This document shows, in pieces, positions 8,901 to 16,822 of a DNA stretch of 64,000 nt (its first letter is position 1; each line of letters begins with the position of its first letter). Both the position numbers and the translations under genes were made by a program. The stretch is from Rhodothermales bacterium (lineage in GTDB: Bacteria; Bacteroidota; Rhodothermia; Rhodothermales; VXPQ01). The stretch is taken from contig JBBDTI010000072.1 of assembly GCA_040904565.1 (NCBI GenBank), positions 9,022 to 73,021 on the forward strand. The letters run 5' to 3'. The notes beneath the pieces are model-generated. The model had not been told where the DNA came from and ran no database searches. It saw nothing but the letters and a program-made list of their open reading frames with translations.

Positions 8901-11596
8901 GCCACCTGTCGCGCACTCGTCACGGTGTCCCTACCCACGGCGGCATAGTAGGCACGCCATGATTTGTCCAGCGGTGGACGTACAAGTGAGAGGATCAGCG
9001 AAACGATCCAGGGTGCGGCGACCATGCAAAGTACGAGTGCCGTCCACTGCAGCGGCGAGCCGGGCAGAATCGTCCAACCTGCCAGCAGAAGAACCAGCAG
9101 CCCAATCTCGACGGTGCTGCGCCGCAGGTTGTCCAGAATTTTCCACCGTGAAAGAAACGAGAGCCGATTGGCTTCCGGGCCATCAGGGCCTGGAACGCTG
9201 GGGGCGAGCCAGCGCAGGAGCTGCCAGTCTCCTCGAATCCAGCGATGCTTGCGATGAGTGAACGTGAGATAGCGTGGCGGATAGTCGTCGTATACGATGA
9301 CGTCTGTGGCAAGGCCCGCGCGGACGTAGCTGCCTTCGATCAGGTCGTGCGAGAGCAGCGTGTTCTCCTCAAAACGCCCCTGCGTAGCCTGCTCAAAGAC
9401 GTCGACATCGTAAATCCCCTTCCCCGTGAAGCTCCCCTCACCGAAGAGGTCCTGGTAGACATCTGAGACCGCGGTGGTATAGGGATCCACGCCGGGATGG
9501 CCGGAGTGGATGGCGGCGAAACGCGAACGATGCGCGCTCGGAAGCGAAACGCCTACCCGCGGCTGAAGAATGCCGTAGCCACGAACGACACGCCCGTACG
9601 CCTGGTCGTACACGGCGCGGTTGAGCGGGTGCGCCAGGGTCCCGACAAGGAGCGGCGCAGCGTCGGGTGGCAGAACCGTATCGGCGTCGAGCGTGATCAC
9701 ATAGCGGACCTGCCGAAGCAGTGCCGTACCGCCGACAATAGTCGAGAACGCTCCGCGCGCGCCGCGCAGGAACCGGTTGAACTCGGCCAGCTTCCCGCGC
9801 TTACGCTCCCATCCCATCCAGACACCTTCCTGTGCATTCCAGCGGCGCGCTCGATGGAAGAGATAGAACGCATCCTCCGCGCCGGAAGCATACCTGGTAT
9901 TGAGGTCCCGTACGCCGGCGCTGGCGGCCTCGACGATCGCTGTATCCCCGTCACGAGTTTCGGTCGGCGCGTCCGTGAAGTCGCTCAGAATCGCGAAGTG
10001 GAGATGCGTCTCCCGATTTGCCAGGTACTGGACTTCCAGGTTTTCGAGAGCCTTCTCAACGTCCGCTACGCTGTCGAAAAGTGTGGGAATGACGACGGTA
10101 GTTCGGAATGCCTTAGGTATCTCGCCCTCTGTATAAAAGTCGAGCCGAGGTAGCGGACGGGGCGGCAGCAGGGCGGTGACGAGCTGGTTAACGAGATTGA
10201 CTGCGACCTCTGTTGCGGGAATGAAGGAGAGGAACACGACGAGCATGGCCCACCCCCACGTTTGCGGTCCGATAAGCCACACAATCGCGGCGAGCACGGC
10301 CGCCGTGCTCGCGATCAGCCCGCCGAAGTATACCGCGTTTGGATGCTGCAGTATCCAGCGGTAAACCGCTTCGCCTACCGGCGGACGGTACCCGGTCGCC
10401 CGTTCAAGCGCGTCGATACCCTCGTCAATCAGATAATAGCCGACGTGCACCCGTCTCGTATCGAGGGAATTCTGCATTTCAACGGAGGCGCGTGCAAGAT
10501 CAACGGCACGGCGTGCCACGTCCTCCTCACGGCGGCCGGTCCGCCGAGCGATTCGCTCGACCACGTGCCTGTACCGATCGCGTGTGGCGAAGGTCATGCG
10601 CGGATAGGCGGCCGAAGGGTCCTCTCTCAGGACCGTCTCCATCGCACTCTGTTCTTCGACGAACGTCCGCCAATCCACACGGGCGACGGTTCTCAGGCTC
10701 GTGACGCTGTGGGCCATCATGACCTGTGTGAGAGCCAGTCGCTGCGTTGCGCGCGCCTCGGCATCGTCAGTATTCAGGCCCTTCTCGATCATCCATTGCT
10801 CCAGCGAACGGCGGAACAGGGAATCATCTTGCACCTCGCGGAGCTGCTGCAGGAACCGAGACGTGAAGACGGTAGCGGTCGACAGAGGTTTGCCCCCCAG
10901 GCGCGTGAGCGCCGCACCCAACGCGCCCTTTTCCGTCGCCGCACGAATGCGGCTGATCCACCGATCGGCCTCCATCTCCAGATTCAGGTGCTGCACCGTA
11001 CGAAGCGCCATCCGGCGAACGTTCTCGATCAGTCCCAGGCGAAGCATCGCAGGCAGCGCCCAGAGTTCTCCGATGGTGAGAGGTGCCGCCTGCTGAAAGG
11101 CACCGACGAAAAGGGATACGTTGTCGAGGTCGATTCGTCCTTCTGTGTGGGAGATCAGTGTGATGGCCAGCTCGTACACACGAGGGTAACCGGCGAGCGG
11201 ACCGGCGTCGAGCTCGGGAAGCTCCTGGTAGTACCCGCGGGGAAGGTTCTCACGCACCTCGCGGATGTGCTCCTCGACGACGTGGAAGTTGTCCAACAGC
11301 CATTCGCCCGCCGAGCCGGTCTCGACGAGGGCGCCCGTTCCTGCCGAGAGCTTTTCGTGGATGTCGTTCAAAATTCGCTGCGTGCCGGTCAGGCGCGTTA
11401 GCAGAGGGGTCTGACGCGATCGTCGTCTTCCGGTGACGACGCTCTGATGTCGGGCAACGACCCGCGCGCGCTCCGCAAGGTTTTCTGCGCCGAGTAGCTC
11501 GCCCCGAATAGGCCCGGCAAATTGCTGCTGCCGTGCACGCGAGCTGCGTGAAAACAGGCGAGCAATATTCTCCCAACGTATGCCTAAAAGTGGCAT
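2927..11596 (-). CDS. ndvB: Cyclic beta-1,2-glucan synthase-like protein (Cgs/NdvB/ChvB type; GT84 + glycoamylase-like + GH94 phosphorylase), ~2890 aa
   Basis: GT84 motifs GWERKRGKL, VITLDADT, DVYQDLFGEGSFTGKGIYD, LLSHDLIEG, RWIRGDWQ. Middle domain PDNFQE, RTSPTNIGL, YDLLASEARL, SWSGSMFEYLMP. GH94 motifs YQSGGAYGFRDQLQD, GDWNDGMN, GVRENGAQYTHA, GRGGWTWYTGSA. Start uncertain (11596 or 11632). Confidence 0.9.
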   Translation of the reverse strand: MPLLGIRWENIARLFSRSSRARQQQFAGPIRGELLGAENLAERARVVARHQSVVTGRRRSRQTPLLTRLTGTQRILNDIHEKLSAGTGALVETGSAGEWLLDNFHVVEEHIREVRENLPRGYYQELPELDAGPLAGYPRVYELAITLISHTEGRIDLDNVSLFVGAFQQAAPLTIGELWALPAMLRLGLIENVRRMALRTVQHLNLEMEADRWISRIRAATEKGALGAALTRLGGKPLSTATVFTSRFLQQLREVQDDSLFRRSLEQWMIEKGLNTDDAEARATQRLALTQVMMAHSVTSLRTVARVDWRTFVEEQSAMETVLREDPSAAYPRMTFATRDRYRHVVERIARRTGRREEDVARRAVDLARASVEMQNSLDTRRVHVGYYLIDEGIDALERATGYRPPVGEAVYRWILQHPNAVYFGGLIASTAAVLAAIVWLIGPQTWGWAMLVVFLSFIPATEVAVNLVNQLVTALLPPRPLPRLDFYTEGEIPKAFRTTVVIPTLFDSVADVEKALENLEVQYLANRETHLHFAILSDFTDAPTETRDGDTAIVEAASAGVRDLNTRYASGAEDAFYLFHRARRWNAQEGVWMGWERKRGKLAEFNRFLRGARGAFSTIVGGTALLRQVRYVITLDADTVLPPDAAPLLVGTLAHPLNRAVYDQAYGRVVRGYGILQPRVGVSLPSAHRSRFAAIHSGHPGVDPYTTAVSDVYQDLFGEGSFTGKGIYDVDVFEQATQGRFEENTLLSHDLIEGSYVRAGLATDVIVYDDYPPRYLTFTHRKHRWIRGDWQLLRWLAPSVPGPDGPEANRLSFLSRWKILDNLRRSTVEIGLLVLLLAGWTILPGSPLQWTALVLCMVAAPWIVSLILSLVRPPLDKSWRAYYAAVGRDTVTSARQVAIYVAFLAHQAIISADAIFRTLWRVSISRRHLLEWQTASTTERVMSASSVDVWRTMRPVTVLATAILVVAAGFEMGVYGGVVEHPDVAISPLWRRILAVLPLVGLWLASPAVAHALGRPLRVPEKELSSSGRRSALRYALLHWRFFDRFVSAETQWLAPDNFQEDPEPIIAMRTSPTNIGLQLLATTSAYDLGFVTAHEMTERLEQVFGSLERMKRFRGHFYNWYDLDNLNVLEPSYISTVDSGNLAGHLIALRQACLTIPDDPLSDGRTKKALATALALAEERLDGSSEEGAAQQVRRAREVLASPAEEDLDDVAEPVEQALRLVQQAGHDDGSSSSEWLEWVIRRIDAARKEEEMPISASDSGPPTLRRRAASSTAATTLVARLEGLAHRAYKYALEMDFRFLFDDDRKLFSIGYHVSGHTFDGAYYDLLASEARLTSFVAVAKNDVPVEHWFSLGRTLTRTAGETALVSWSGSMFEYLMPALVMRSFPVTLLSQTYRGAVRRQIAYAEAAGVPWGMSESAYNLRDRHLTYQYRAFGVPDLALKRGLGGDLVIAPYASALAMMVDPQPALSNLDRLDSMGTLGPYGFHDALDYTRPDPGRRYAVVRNYMAHHIGMGLVALANVLKGQLWQSRFHSDPLVCAAELLLYERIPRRLVLQPPQPTRAGEGLPDPDLEQPVVRELETPQTPEPRVGLLGRLPYTIMVTNGGGGYSRYEDLAVTRWRADGTMDETGQFCYLKDMSTGHVWSAAHQPVCAPADKYRALLASDRVSFLRVDRDIETHTEITVVPEDSAEVRRVTVTNCSETPRDVVLMSYGEIVLAGPDAERAHPAFSNLFVETEWHAWCTAITATRRPRSASEPALWCVHVVDTNKQHVEPVSYETDRARFIGRGRSARDPVALEADGPLSETTGAVLDPIFALRVRLHLEPGQSAGAAFTTLVATTRERAFELADRYHDSHAAQRALDLAWASTQVELRELGTTPAEAAAFQALAGRLFYPSPSLRAPKEERDRNRGSQPLLWSLGLSGDWPILVAVIKSSDGLPTLRELLSAHHYWRRRGMMVDLVILNADSPSYLRELNESIVAMLYATYASDQLDRSGGVFIRRLDELGADALLMLRATAPVHVECDGRSLSGILEVELSSDSLDIHSESSSPSVRAIVPSESASEHGVVGLLEAHPDAADLPPGDTASVFENGFGTILPEGTYEIRVCGDRVPPAPWANVIANAQGGFIVTERGAGSAWAGSSHFFRLTPWHNDPVTDPPGEVLYVRDEETRTFWSATPAPIRREVEYTVRHGAGFSSFSHEFAEIATDLTMAMAPEDAVKISVIRLTNESSRPRRLSVTGYAEWTLGALREHTQHQVRTVARPDVGAIFARNTFDPHFAEHVAFCALSEPLSDYTSDRRAFIGRNGTRADPHGLREATLGGEIETGVDPCAAVQCMLELSPGESREIVFLLGAAEGEDAADRLLAKYRDRSSALEAVSRSRKDWSHRLSAITVRTPEPSFDAMINHWALYQALACRMWARSAVYQSGGAYGFRDQLQDVLAFLYAEPEIAREHIIRASARQFIEGDVQHWWHPHSDRGVRTRFSDDLAWLPYVVDQYVRVTGDRSVLDVHVPFLSMRSLEPHEHEVYDLPLVTDEHASIYEHCRRALDRACTVGSHGLPLIGIGDWNDGMNRVGVEGRGESVWLAWFLVTTLRRFAEHAEERGDAAVAADFRVRSDAYVSAIEEHAWDGDWYRRAFFDDGTPLGSAAAAECRIDAIAQSWSVISGAGDAARSEQAMRSFEEHLVWDDARLLPLLTPPFDRTTLDPGYIKGYVPGVRENGAQYTHAALWSVLATALQGRGDRAFELFQMINPLTRTRTPEDVATYKVEPYVVAADVYTAAGHVGRGGWTWYTGSASWMYRVGLEAILGFTREGDVLFIDPHAPAAWPEYAVEYRHGGSVYAITVREPGKIDRHTAEVRVDGVVVEGTGIPLADDGERHDVVVQPRVRPSS

Positions 11597-11691
11597 GGTG
11601 ATGATACCGGATGTAGGCGGCGACGACCGCACTGGATGGCGGGGCTCTGAGCCCCGAGCCGCGTGCAGCGGTGTAGAAAAGTGATTGCCCG

Positions 11692-12336
11692 CTACGGAGC
11701 GACGAGATTCTCAAGACCCTCGACCAGATCGTCCGACAGCTCCCGCAGCCCGGTGTCGAGCAGGGCCACCAGGCCATCATAATCTCCTACCACCCAACCA
11801 CCCGCCCGAAAGTCGGTCGTTCCCCGCGCGAGCACGGCACCATCTTGCGGGTCAATAATCTCCCAGATAGCCAGCAGCGAGGCCTCGCCCTCGGATGCCG
11901 CCGGTTCCTCCGGCACCTGGCCCTCGAATCGCTGCAGATGGAGCTGGATCAGGTAGTCGTGTCTGGACTGCGGCGGCCACGGCGCCACATCAATGACTTC
12001 GAAGGAGGCTTGGGCCGCCAGGTGGCCGGCTAGAGCCCGGTTGACTCCGCCGCCGAGATCCTCTCCCCACCGATGAAACTCGGCGTAGCGGATCTCGTGG
12101 AGTCCATGGCGGACGACGATACGGGGCGTCGTAAGGTACCCGGCAAGCTGCAGTCGTCGCAATCCGATACGGACACCGGCAAGGCGTTCGGCCGACCCCT
12201 CGGTCTCCTGGAGCCGGCTTCCACCAAGCACGTAGTGCTGTTGGGGCGGCTCGTCCCTGGCCAGGCTGAAACATCCCGCCAGGACGAGAAGAGCGAGCAG
12301 GAGCGTGAAATGGACGGCTTTGATCTGGTACGTCAT
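11692..12336 (-). CDS. PqiC-like ABC transport auxiliary lipoprotein
   Basis: Lipobox LAGC, YLTTPRIV, YAEFHRWGEDL. ATGA overlap with the MlaD gene. Confidence 0.85.
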   Translation of the reverse strand: MTYQIKAVHFTLLLALLVLAGCFSLARDEPPQQHYVLGGSRLQETEGSAERLAGVRIGLRRLQLAGYLTTPRIVVRHGLHEIRYAEFHRWGEDLGGGVNRALAGHLAAQASFEVIDVAPWPPQSRHDYLIQLHLQRFEGQVPEEPAASEGEASLLAIWEIIDPQDGAVLARGTTDFRAGGWVVGDYDGLVALLDTGLRELSDDLVEGLENLVAP

Positions 12337-13325
12337 GGCTGTGGTTCAGTCGATTTCTTTCCGCGGAGCAGCATGTCCGGATTCCGTTCCAGCGAGAGGG
12401 TGAGTGTACGCAGCGCGTCGGCCGCCTCCTTAAGGCTGGAAAACGCCTCCTCCATTCGATACCCGACGCCGGAGTCCGTCGAGATCAATCCCTGCGTTGC
12501 TTCCATGGCCCGCCGCATCGATTGCAGCGTGAGGATGACTTCCGCGTTCGTACTATCGACCTGTCCTTGAAGGGGCTCGATCGCGCCGCCGAGGCGGTCG
12601 GCCAGGCGCTCCATCTCTGCCATCGTTTTGTTGAACTGCGCGGTCATCTCCGGAACCTCTTCGAAGGCTGCCAGAATCTCCGGCGATTCGGCCAGGCGCT
12701 CGACGGACTGGGCCGATGCCACGACCGACGCGTTGAGACTTTGCATGTCGATCTCCTCCAGCATCTCGTTTACGCGAAACAGGATGCGCATCGCATCGCC
12801 CACGAGGCTGCCGGCCTGCGTTCCGAACGCGGCCAGGAGCGAAGGCGTCGTCGGGATCTCGGCAAACGCGGTCGTTTCCTGGGAGAATTCAGGTGGGGCC
12901 GGATCCACGCGGTACGTGAGTTCGACGTAGAGCTGCCCGGTAACGATGCTCTCCATCTGCAGCTGGGCCCGGAGCCCGTCGTCGATCTGCTGCCGCAGCA
13001 CGGCCTCGTCGCTCAGGTCGACGAACGTGCCGGCCCGCGACGTGAGGCGCGTGAGATCGATTTCGTACTGGACCGGCACCTCGAAGGTTTTGTCCGTCAG
13101 CTCGATCCGAATCAGAAGATCCGTTACACTTCCGACGGGCACGCCCTGGAATTTAACCGGCGCGCCTACTTCCAGGCCGTTCACCGACTCCCCGAAGTTG
13201 CTGATGAAGGTCGACCGCTGCGTGAACCATCCGGTCGAGGCGAGCACGGCGACGCCGAGCACGGTCAGCACCAGGGCTCCGATCAGAAATAGCCCGATCG
13301 CCGTCGGGTTAGCGCGTAAGCTCAT
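12333..13325 (-). CDS. MlaD/MCE-domain protein (PqiB-like C-terminus)
   Basis: N-terminal TM helix, ESVNGLEVGAPVKFQGVPVGSV, GLRAQL..SIVTGQLYVEL, helical tail ending LERNPDMLLRGK. Confidence 0.9.
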   Translation of the reverse strand: MSLRANPTAIGLFLIGALVLTVLGVAVLASTGWFTQRSTFISNFGESVNGLEVGAPVKFQGVPVGSVTDLLIRIELTDKTFEVPVQYEIDLTRLTSRAGTFVDLSDEAVLRQQIDDGLRAQLQMESIVTGQLYVELTYRVDPAPPEFSQETTAFAEIPTTPSLLAAFGTQAGSLVGDAMRILFRVNEMLEEIDMQSLNASVVASAQSVERLAESPEILAAFEEVPEMTAQFNKTMAEMERLADRLGGAIEPLQGQVDSTNAEVILTLQSMRRAMEATQGLISTDSGVGYRMEEAFSSLKEAADALRTLTLSLERNPDMLLRGKKSTEPQP

Positions 13326-14125
13326 GACTGGGGCGTAATTGGTGATGTAGATGCTGATGTCGCAGGTGCTTCAACCTCGCTGCTGCGCGTGAGAAACCGG
13401 TGCACCTCCTCGCTGGGCGGATTGTCCCGCAGGTCGCCCGGATCGCCGAGTGCGGTCATCGTTTTCTGTTTGATGTCCAGAAACAGCGCCCGGTCGGCGA
13501 TCTTGAAGATGCTCGCGAGGTCGTGGCTGACCACGACGATCGTCGTGCCGAAGCTCTTGCGAAGCTGCAGTATCAAGTCGTCGAGGCGGCTGGCCGTGAT
13601 CGGGTCCAGGCCGGAAGAGGGTTCGTCGAAGAAGAGCACCTCCGGATCCATTGCCGATGCGCGGGCGAGGGCCGCGCGCTTGCGCATCCCCCCGCTGATC
13701 TCATTGGGGTAGAACGACTCGAAGCCGCGCAGACCGACCAGGGCGAGCTTGAGCGAGACGACCTCCGAGATCGCATCCGGACGCAGACTCGTATATTCCT
13801 CGAGGGGCAGGGCTACGTTCTCGGCCAGCGTCAATCCGCTCCACAGGGCGCCGTTCTGATAGAGTACGCCCATGCGGCGAAGTATCCGCTTTCTGGCCGG
13901 CGCGTCGGCCTCCCCGAAGTCGTCTCCTTCGAACAGGATCGTGCCTGCTGCCGGCTTCTTGAGTCCGATAAGGTGTTTGAGCAGGGTGCTCTTCCCACTC
14001 CCGCTGCCTCCCATGATGACGAAGATCTCCCCCCGCTCCACCTGAAAGTTCAGGTCGCGCATGAGGACGAGCGACCCGTAGGCCATCGTCAACCCTCTGA
14101 CTTCAATGGGAGGTGCTGCTTCCAT
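13322..14125 (-). CDS. MlaF-like ABC transporter ATP-binding protein
   Basis: Walker A GGSGSGKST, signature ISGGMRKR, Walker B LFFDEPSSGLDP, SHD H-loop. Confidence 0.92.
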   Translation of the reverse strand: MEAAPPIEVRGLTMAYGSLVLMRDLNFQVERGEIFVIMGGSGSGKSTLLKHLIGLKKPAAGTILFEGDDFGEADAPARKRILRRMGVLYQNGALWSGLTLAENVALPLEEYTSLRPDAISEVVSLKLALVGLRGFESFYPNEISGGMRKRAALARASAMDPEVLFFDEPSSGLDPITASRLDDLILQLRKSFGTTIVVVSHDLASIFKIADRALFLDIKQKTMTALGDPGDLRDNPPSEEVHRFLTRSSEVEAPATSASTSPITPQS

Positions 14126-14132
14126 AACGACG

Positions 14133-15248
14133 TTATACTCCGAGTAGGACCGCGAGCCAATCGATGACGGCGTTGGCCAGAATGATGAGTGTGATGGCCG
14201 TAACCACGGCCGAAGTCGCGGCACGCCCGACCGCCCCCGCGTCGTTTCCGGTCTGAAGGCCGCGCAGACAACCCGCCAGGCCGATGATCACTCCGAAAAC
14301 GGATCCTTTGAAAACGCCCAGGAGGCCGTCGGAGAGGGTCACCGGCGTCAACAAGCCCCCGATAAACTGCGTCGTGGAAAGATCCAGGAGCGTGACGGAG
14401 ACGATCATTCCTCCCATAATACCGACGAAGTCGGCGTAGATCGTAAGCAGGGGCATCATCAGGAAGAGTCCCATGACCCTGGGTAGCACGAGATGCTCGA
14501 CCGGCGAGAGCCCTAACGTCTTAAAGGCATCGATCTCTTCGGTGATCTTCATGCTCCCGATTTCGGCGGCAAAGGCGGCGCCCGTTCGGCCGGCCATGAT
14601 GATACCCGTCATCAGGGCCCCCATCTCTCTGAGCATCCCGTAGCCGACCAGGTAGGAGACGTAGTAGCCGGCTCCGAACCGCTGAAGCACGACGGCCCCC
14701 AGGAAGGCAATGATCAATCCGACGAGAAAGCTGATCAGGGTGACGATGGTGAGCGCGCCCGAACTGTTTGATTGCACCACGACCCAGAAATCCCGCCAGC
14801 GCATCCGCACCCGGAACAGAAGTAATCCGATGAAGCCGGCGGTCACTTCACCCGTGAACGTCACCGACTCCAGGAAGGAGTCGAACGCGGAGAGTCCCTT
14901 CTTGCCGAGCCGGGCGACGAACGAGGCTTTTTCCTCTTCGCGATCGATCTCCTGTTCCGGTACCGCCTGGGCGAGTTCGAGGAGACTCGCGATGTCTTCC
15001 GGCAGGCTTTCCGCTTTGAAGGCGAGGTTATGGGCCTCGCAGTAGTTCATGGCTTGCAGCAGAAACGTGAGAAGGCTACTGTCCCACGTACCGAGATTCG
15101 TGGCGTCGAAGCCGACGGCCCGCACCTCGGCCACCTCCGGCCGGTCCTCGACGAGCCGGTCGAAGCGTGGGGTCGGGTGTTCCAGTTCCCAATCACCGGC
15201 GAGTCCGGCGACGAGTGTATCGTCCGTATGGTGAATCTTAACGTTCAT
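14133..15248 (-). CDS. MlaE-family ABC permease with N-terminal STAS-like domain
   Basis: LREMGALMTGIIMAGRTGAAFAAEIGSMKITEEIDA, VGRAATSAVV, N-terminal WDSSLL STAS-like motif. Confidence 0.92.
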   Translation of the reverse strand: MNVKIHHTDDTLVAGLAGDWELEHPTPRFDRLVEDRPEVAEVRAVGFDATNLGTWDSSLLTFLLQAMNYCEAHNLAFKAESLPEDIASLLELAQAVPEQEIDREEEKASFVARLGKKGLSAFDSFLESVTFTGEVTAGFIGLLLFRVRMRWRDFWVVVQSNSSGALTIVTLISFLVGLIIAFLGAVVLQRFGAGYYVSYLVGYGMLREMGALMTGIIMAGRTGAAFAAEIGSMKITEEIDAFKTLGLSPVEHLVLPRVMGLFLMMPLLTIYADFVGIMGGMIVSVTLLDLSTTQFIGGLLTPVTLSDGLLGVFKGSVFGVIIGLAGCLRGLQTGNDAGAVGRAATSAVVTAITLIILANAVIDWLAVLLGV

Positions 15249-15416
15249 CGTTCTTTGCCGACACGGACAGATCAGGGGCCGAGGGCGATTCTTTTAGTTT
15301 CGTTCGTAAGGTCCAATCGTCCAACGGGAGGCACGAAGTCACGCGACCCCGCTCCGTGTACGCAGCGTGCTTGAGCACGACCTGGACCAGCGTTCTGGCG
15401 TCCCGTTCCGGAGGCC

Positions 15417-16112
15417 TCACCCCTCTCGAGGCCGCTCCTCTCCGGCGGCGGCCGTATTATTATTCTCGACCCAGAGCACAGCCCGACGCACCAGCTCGGG
15501 AGTGCTTTCGATGCCCAGTTTGGATTTGATGCGTCCCCGGTACGTGGCTATCGTCTTGGGGCTGATGTCCATCGCCTCGGCCATTTCGCGCGTGCTGAGA
15601 CCCCGGCCGTGCAGCTCGAAGGCCTCCAGCTCCCGATCCGACAACTGCGTGCTGGGATCCTCCTGGCCGACGGACTCTTCCGCGGTCATCCGTCCGGCGA
15701 ATTGAAGCATGATCTTTTCCTGTATGCGATCGCTCACGTAGTATCGGCCTCCCAGCACCTTCCGAATGGCGGGTACTACACGGCTTTCGGCCTCACTTTT
15801 CATAAGGTAGCCTGACGCGCCGGCCTGGAGCGCACGACCGGCGTAAAGCGACTCCTCGTGCATCGAAACGACAAGCACCTCCAGGCCTGGCCGCTCGGCC
15901 CGAAGCCGCTTAATGAATTCAATCCCGTTCATCCCATTCAACGAAATATCCGCGATGACGAGGTCGGGAGCGGCCCGTGATATTTTCTCCAGGGCATCGG
16001 CGGCCGTGCCGGCTTCGCCGCACACTTCGAGATCCATCTCTGCATTGATGAGCGCTCGGTAGCCGTGGCGCATGACGGGATGGTCTTCGAGAATAAAAAT
16101 TTGGGATGTCAT
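15417..16112 (-). CDS. NarL/LuxR-family DNA-binding response regulator
   Basis: LEDHPVMR, PDLVIADISL, GYLMK, LSDRELE...ISPKTIATYRGRIKSKL. Confidence 0.93.
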   Translation of the reverse strand: MTSQIFILEDHPVMRHGYRALINAEMDLEVCGEAGTAADALEKISRAAPDLVIADISLNGMNGIEFIKRLRAERPGLEVLVVSMHEESLYAGRALQAGASGYLMKSEAESRVVPAIRKVLGGRYYVSDRIQEKIMLQFAGRMTAEESVGQEDPSTQLSDRELEAFELHGRGLSTREMAEAMDISPKTIATYRGRIKSKLGIESTPELVRRAVLWVENNNTAAAGEERPREG

Positions 16113-16375
16113 CGGAGGGCCTGCAAACAAGTCGTAGCATTATGATAACGTTCCGGGACGAGCAGATGACCGTTGTCGTGCCGAACGTGAAGGCGAGGGG
16201 AACGGCTGTGTCCTCTCCCGGATGCGCCTTGGGAAAGAACGCCTTGCCTCCCTCACGCGGTCGGATCTTTTGCTATCTGTCTGACATGGAAAGCACCCTG
16301 ATGAGCCGGCCTGTAAAAGCCGGCAAACGAATAAACACGCATTGGACCGCTAAAGCTATGCATTCCATGGGATAT

Positions 16376-16430
16376 CCTTGTAGGCAATATGCTTACAAGG
16401 GGGGTAGGTGCGATCCGGTAAAGCACCTAC
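16376..16430. promoter_or_regulatory. Two adjacent inverted repeats (candidate response-regulator operators or terminator hairpins)
   Basis: CCTTGTAGGCA-ATA-TGCTTACAAGG (16376-16400) and GTAGGTGC-N11-GCACCTAC (16404-16430). Confidence 0.45.
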
Positions 16431-16438
16431 GTGTCTAC

Positions 16439-16822
16439 CTAGCGGCTCACGTACACCGTGCCGTCGAGAATCTGCCGGATGCCCTCCAACATGGCCAGCG
16501 GGTCCCCCTTCAGGATATAGCCGTTCGCACCCGCCGCGAGTGCCCGCTCGGCACAGGTGGGATCCGTCTGTCCGGAGAGCATAGCCGCTCGTTGCCCGGG
16601 CATCCGTACCCGCAGACGTTCTATGAGTTCGATGCCGTTCATTCCCGGCAGCGAAAAATCAGTCAGGATCAGATCAGGGCTCACGCCGGAGAGGACCTCG
16701 AGCGCTTCGATAGCCGTTTCGGCGACGCCGCACACGACCAGGTCCGGCTCGTCCTCGATCAACATAACCAGAGCCTCCTGAACGAGCAGATTATCTTCTA
16801 CGATATAGAGGGTCTGTTTCAT
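16439..16822 (-). CDS. Stand-alone receiver-domain response regulator
   Basis: IVEDN, PDLILTDFSLPGMNG, GYILK. No output domain. ATGA overlap with the kinase gene. Confidence 0.88.
   Translation of the reverse strand: MKQTLYIVEDNLLVQEALVMLIEDEPDLVVCGVAETAIEALEVLSGVSPDLILTDFSLPGMNGIELIERLRVRMPGQRAAMLSGQTDPTCAERALAAGANGYILKGDPLAMLEGIRQILDGTVYVSR

Noticed and set aside
10262-11401. 379-aa ORF and other plus-strand ORFs inside the cgs-like gene
   Set aside because: Antisense shadows of a well-supported CDS.
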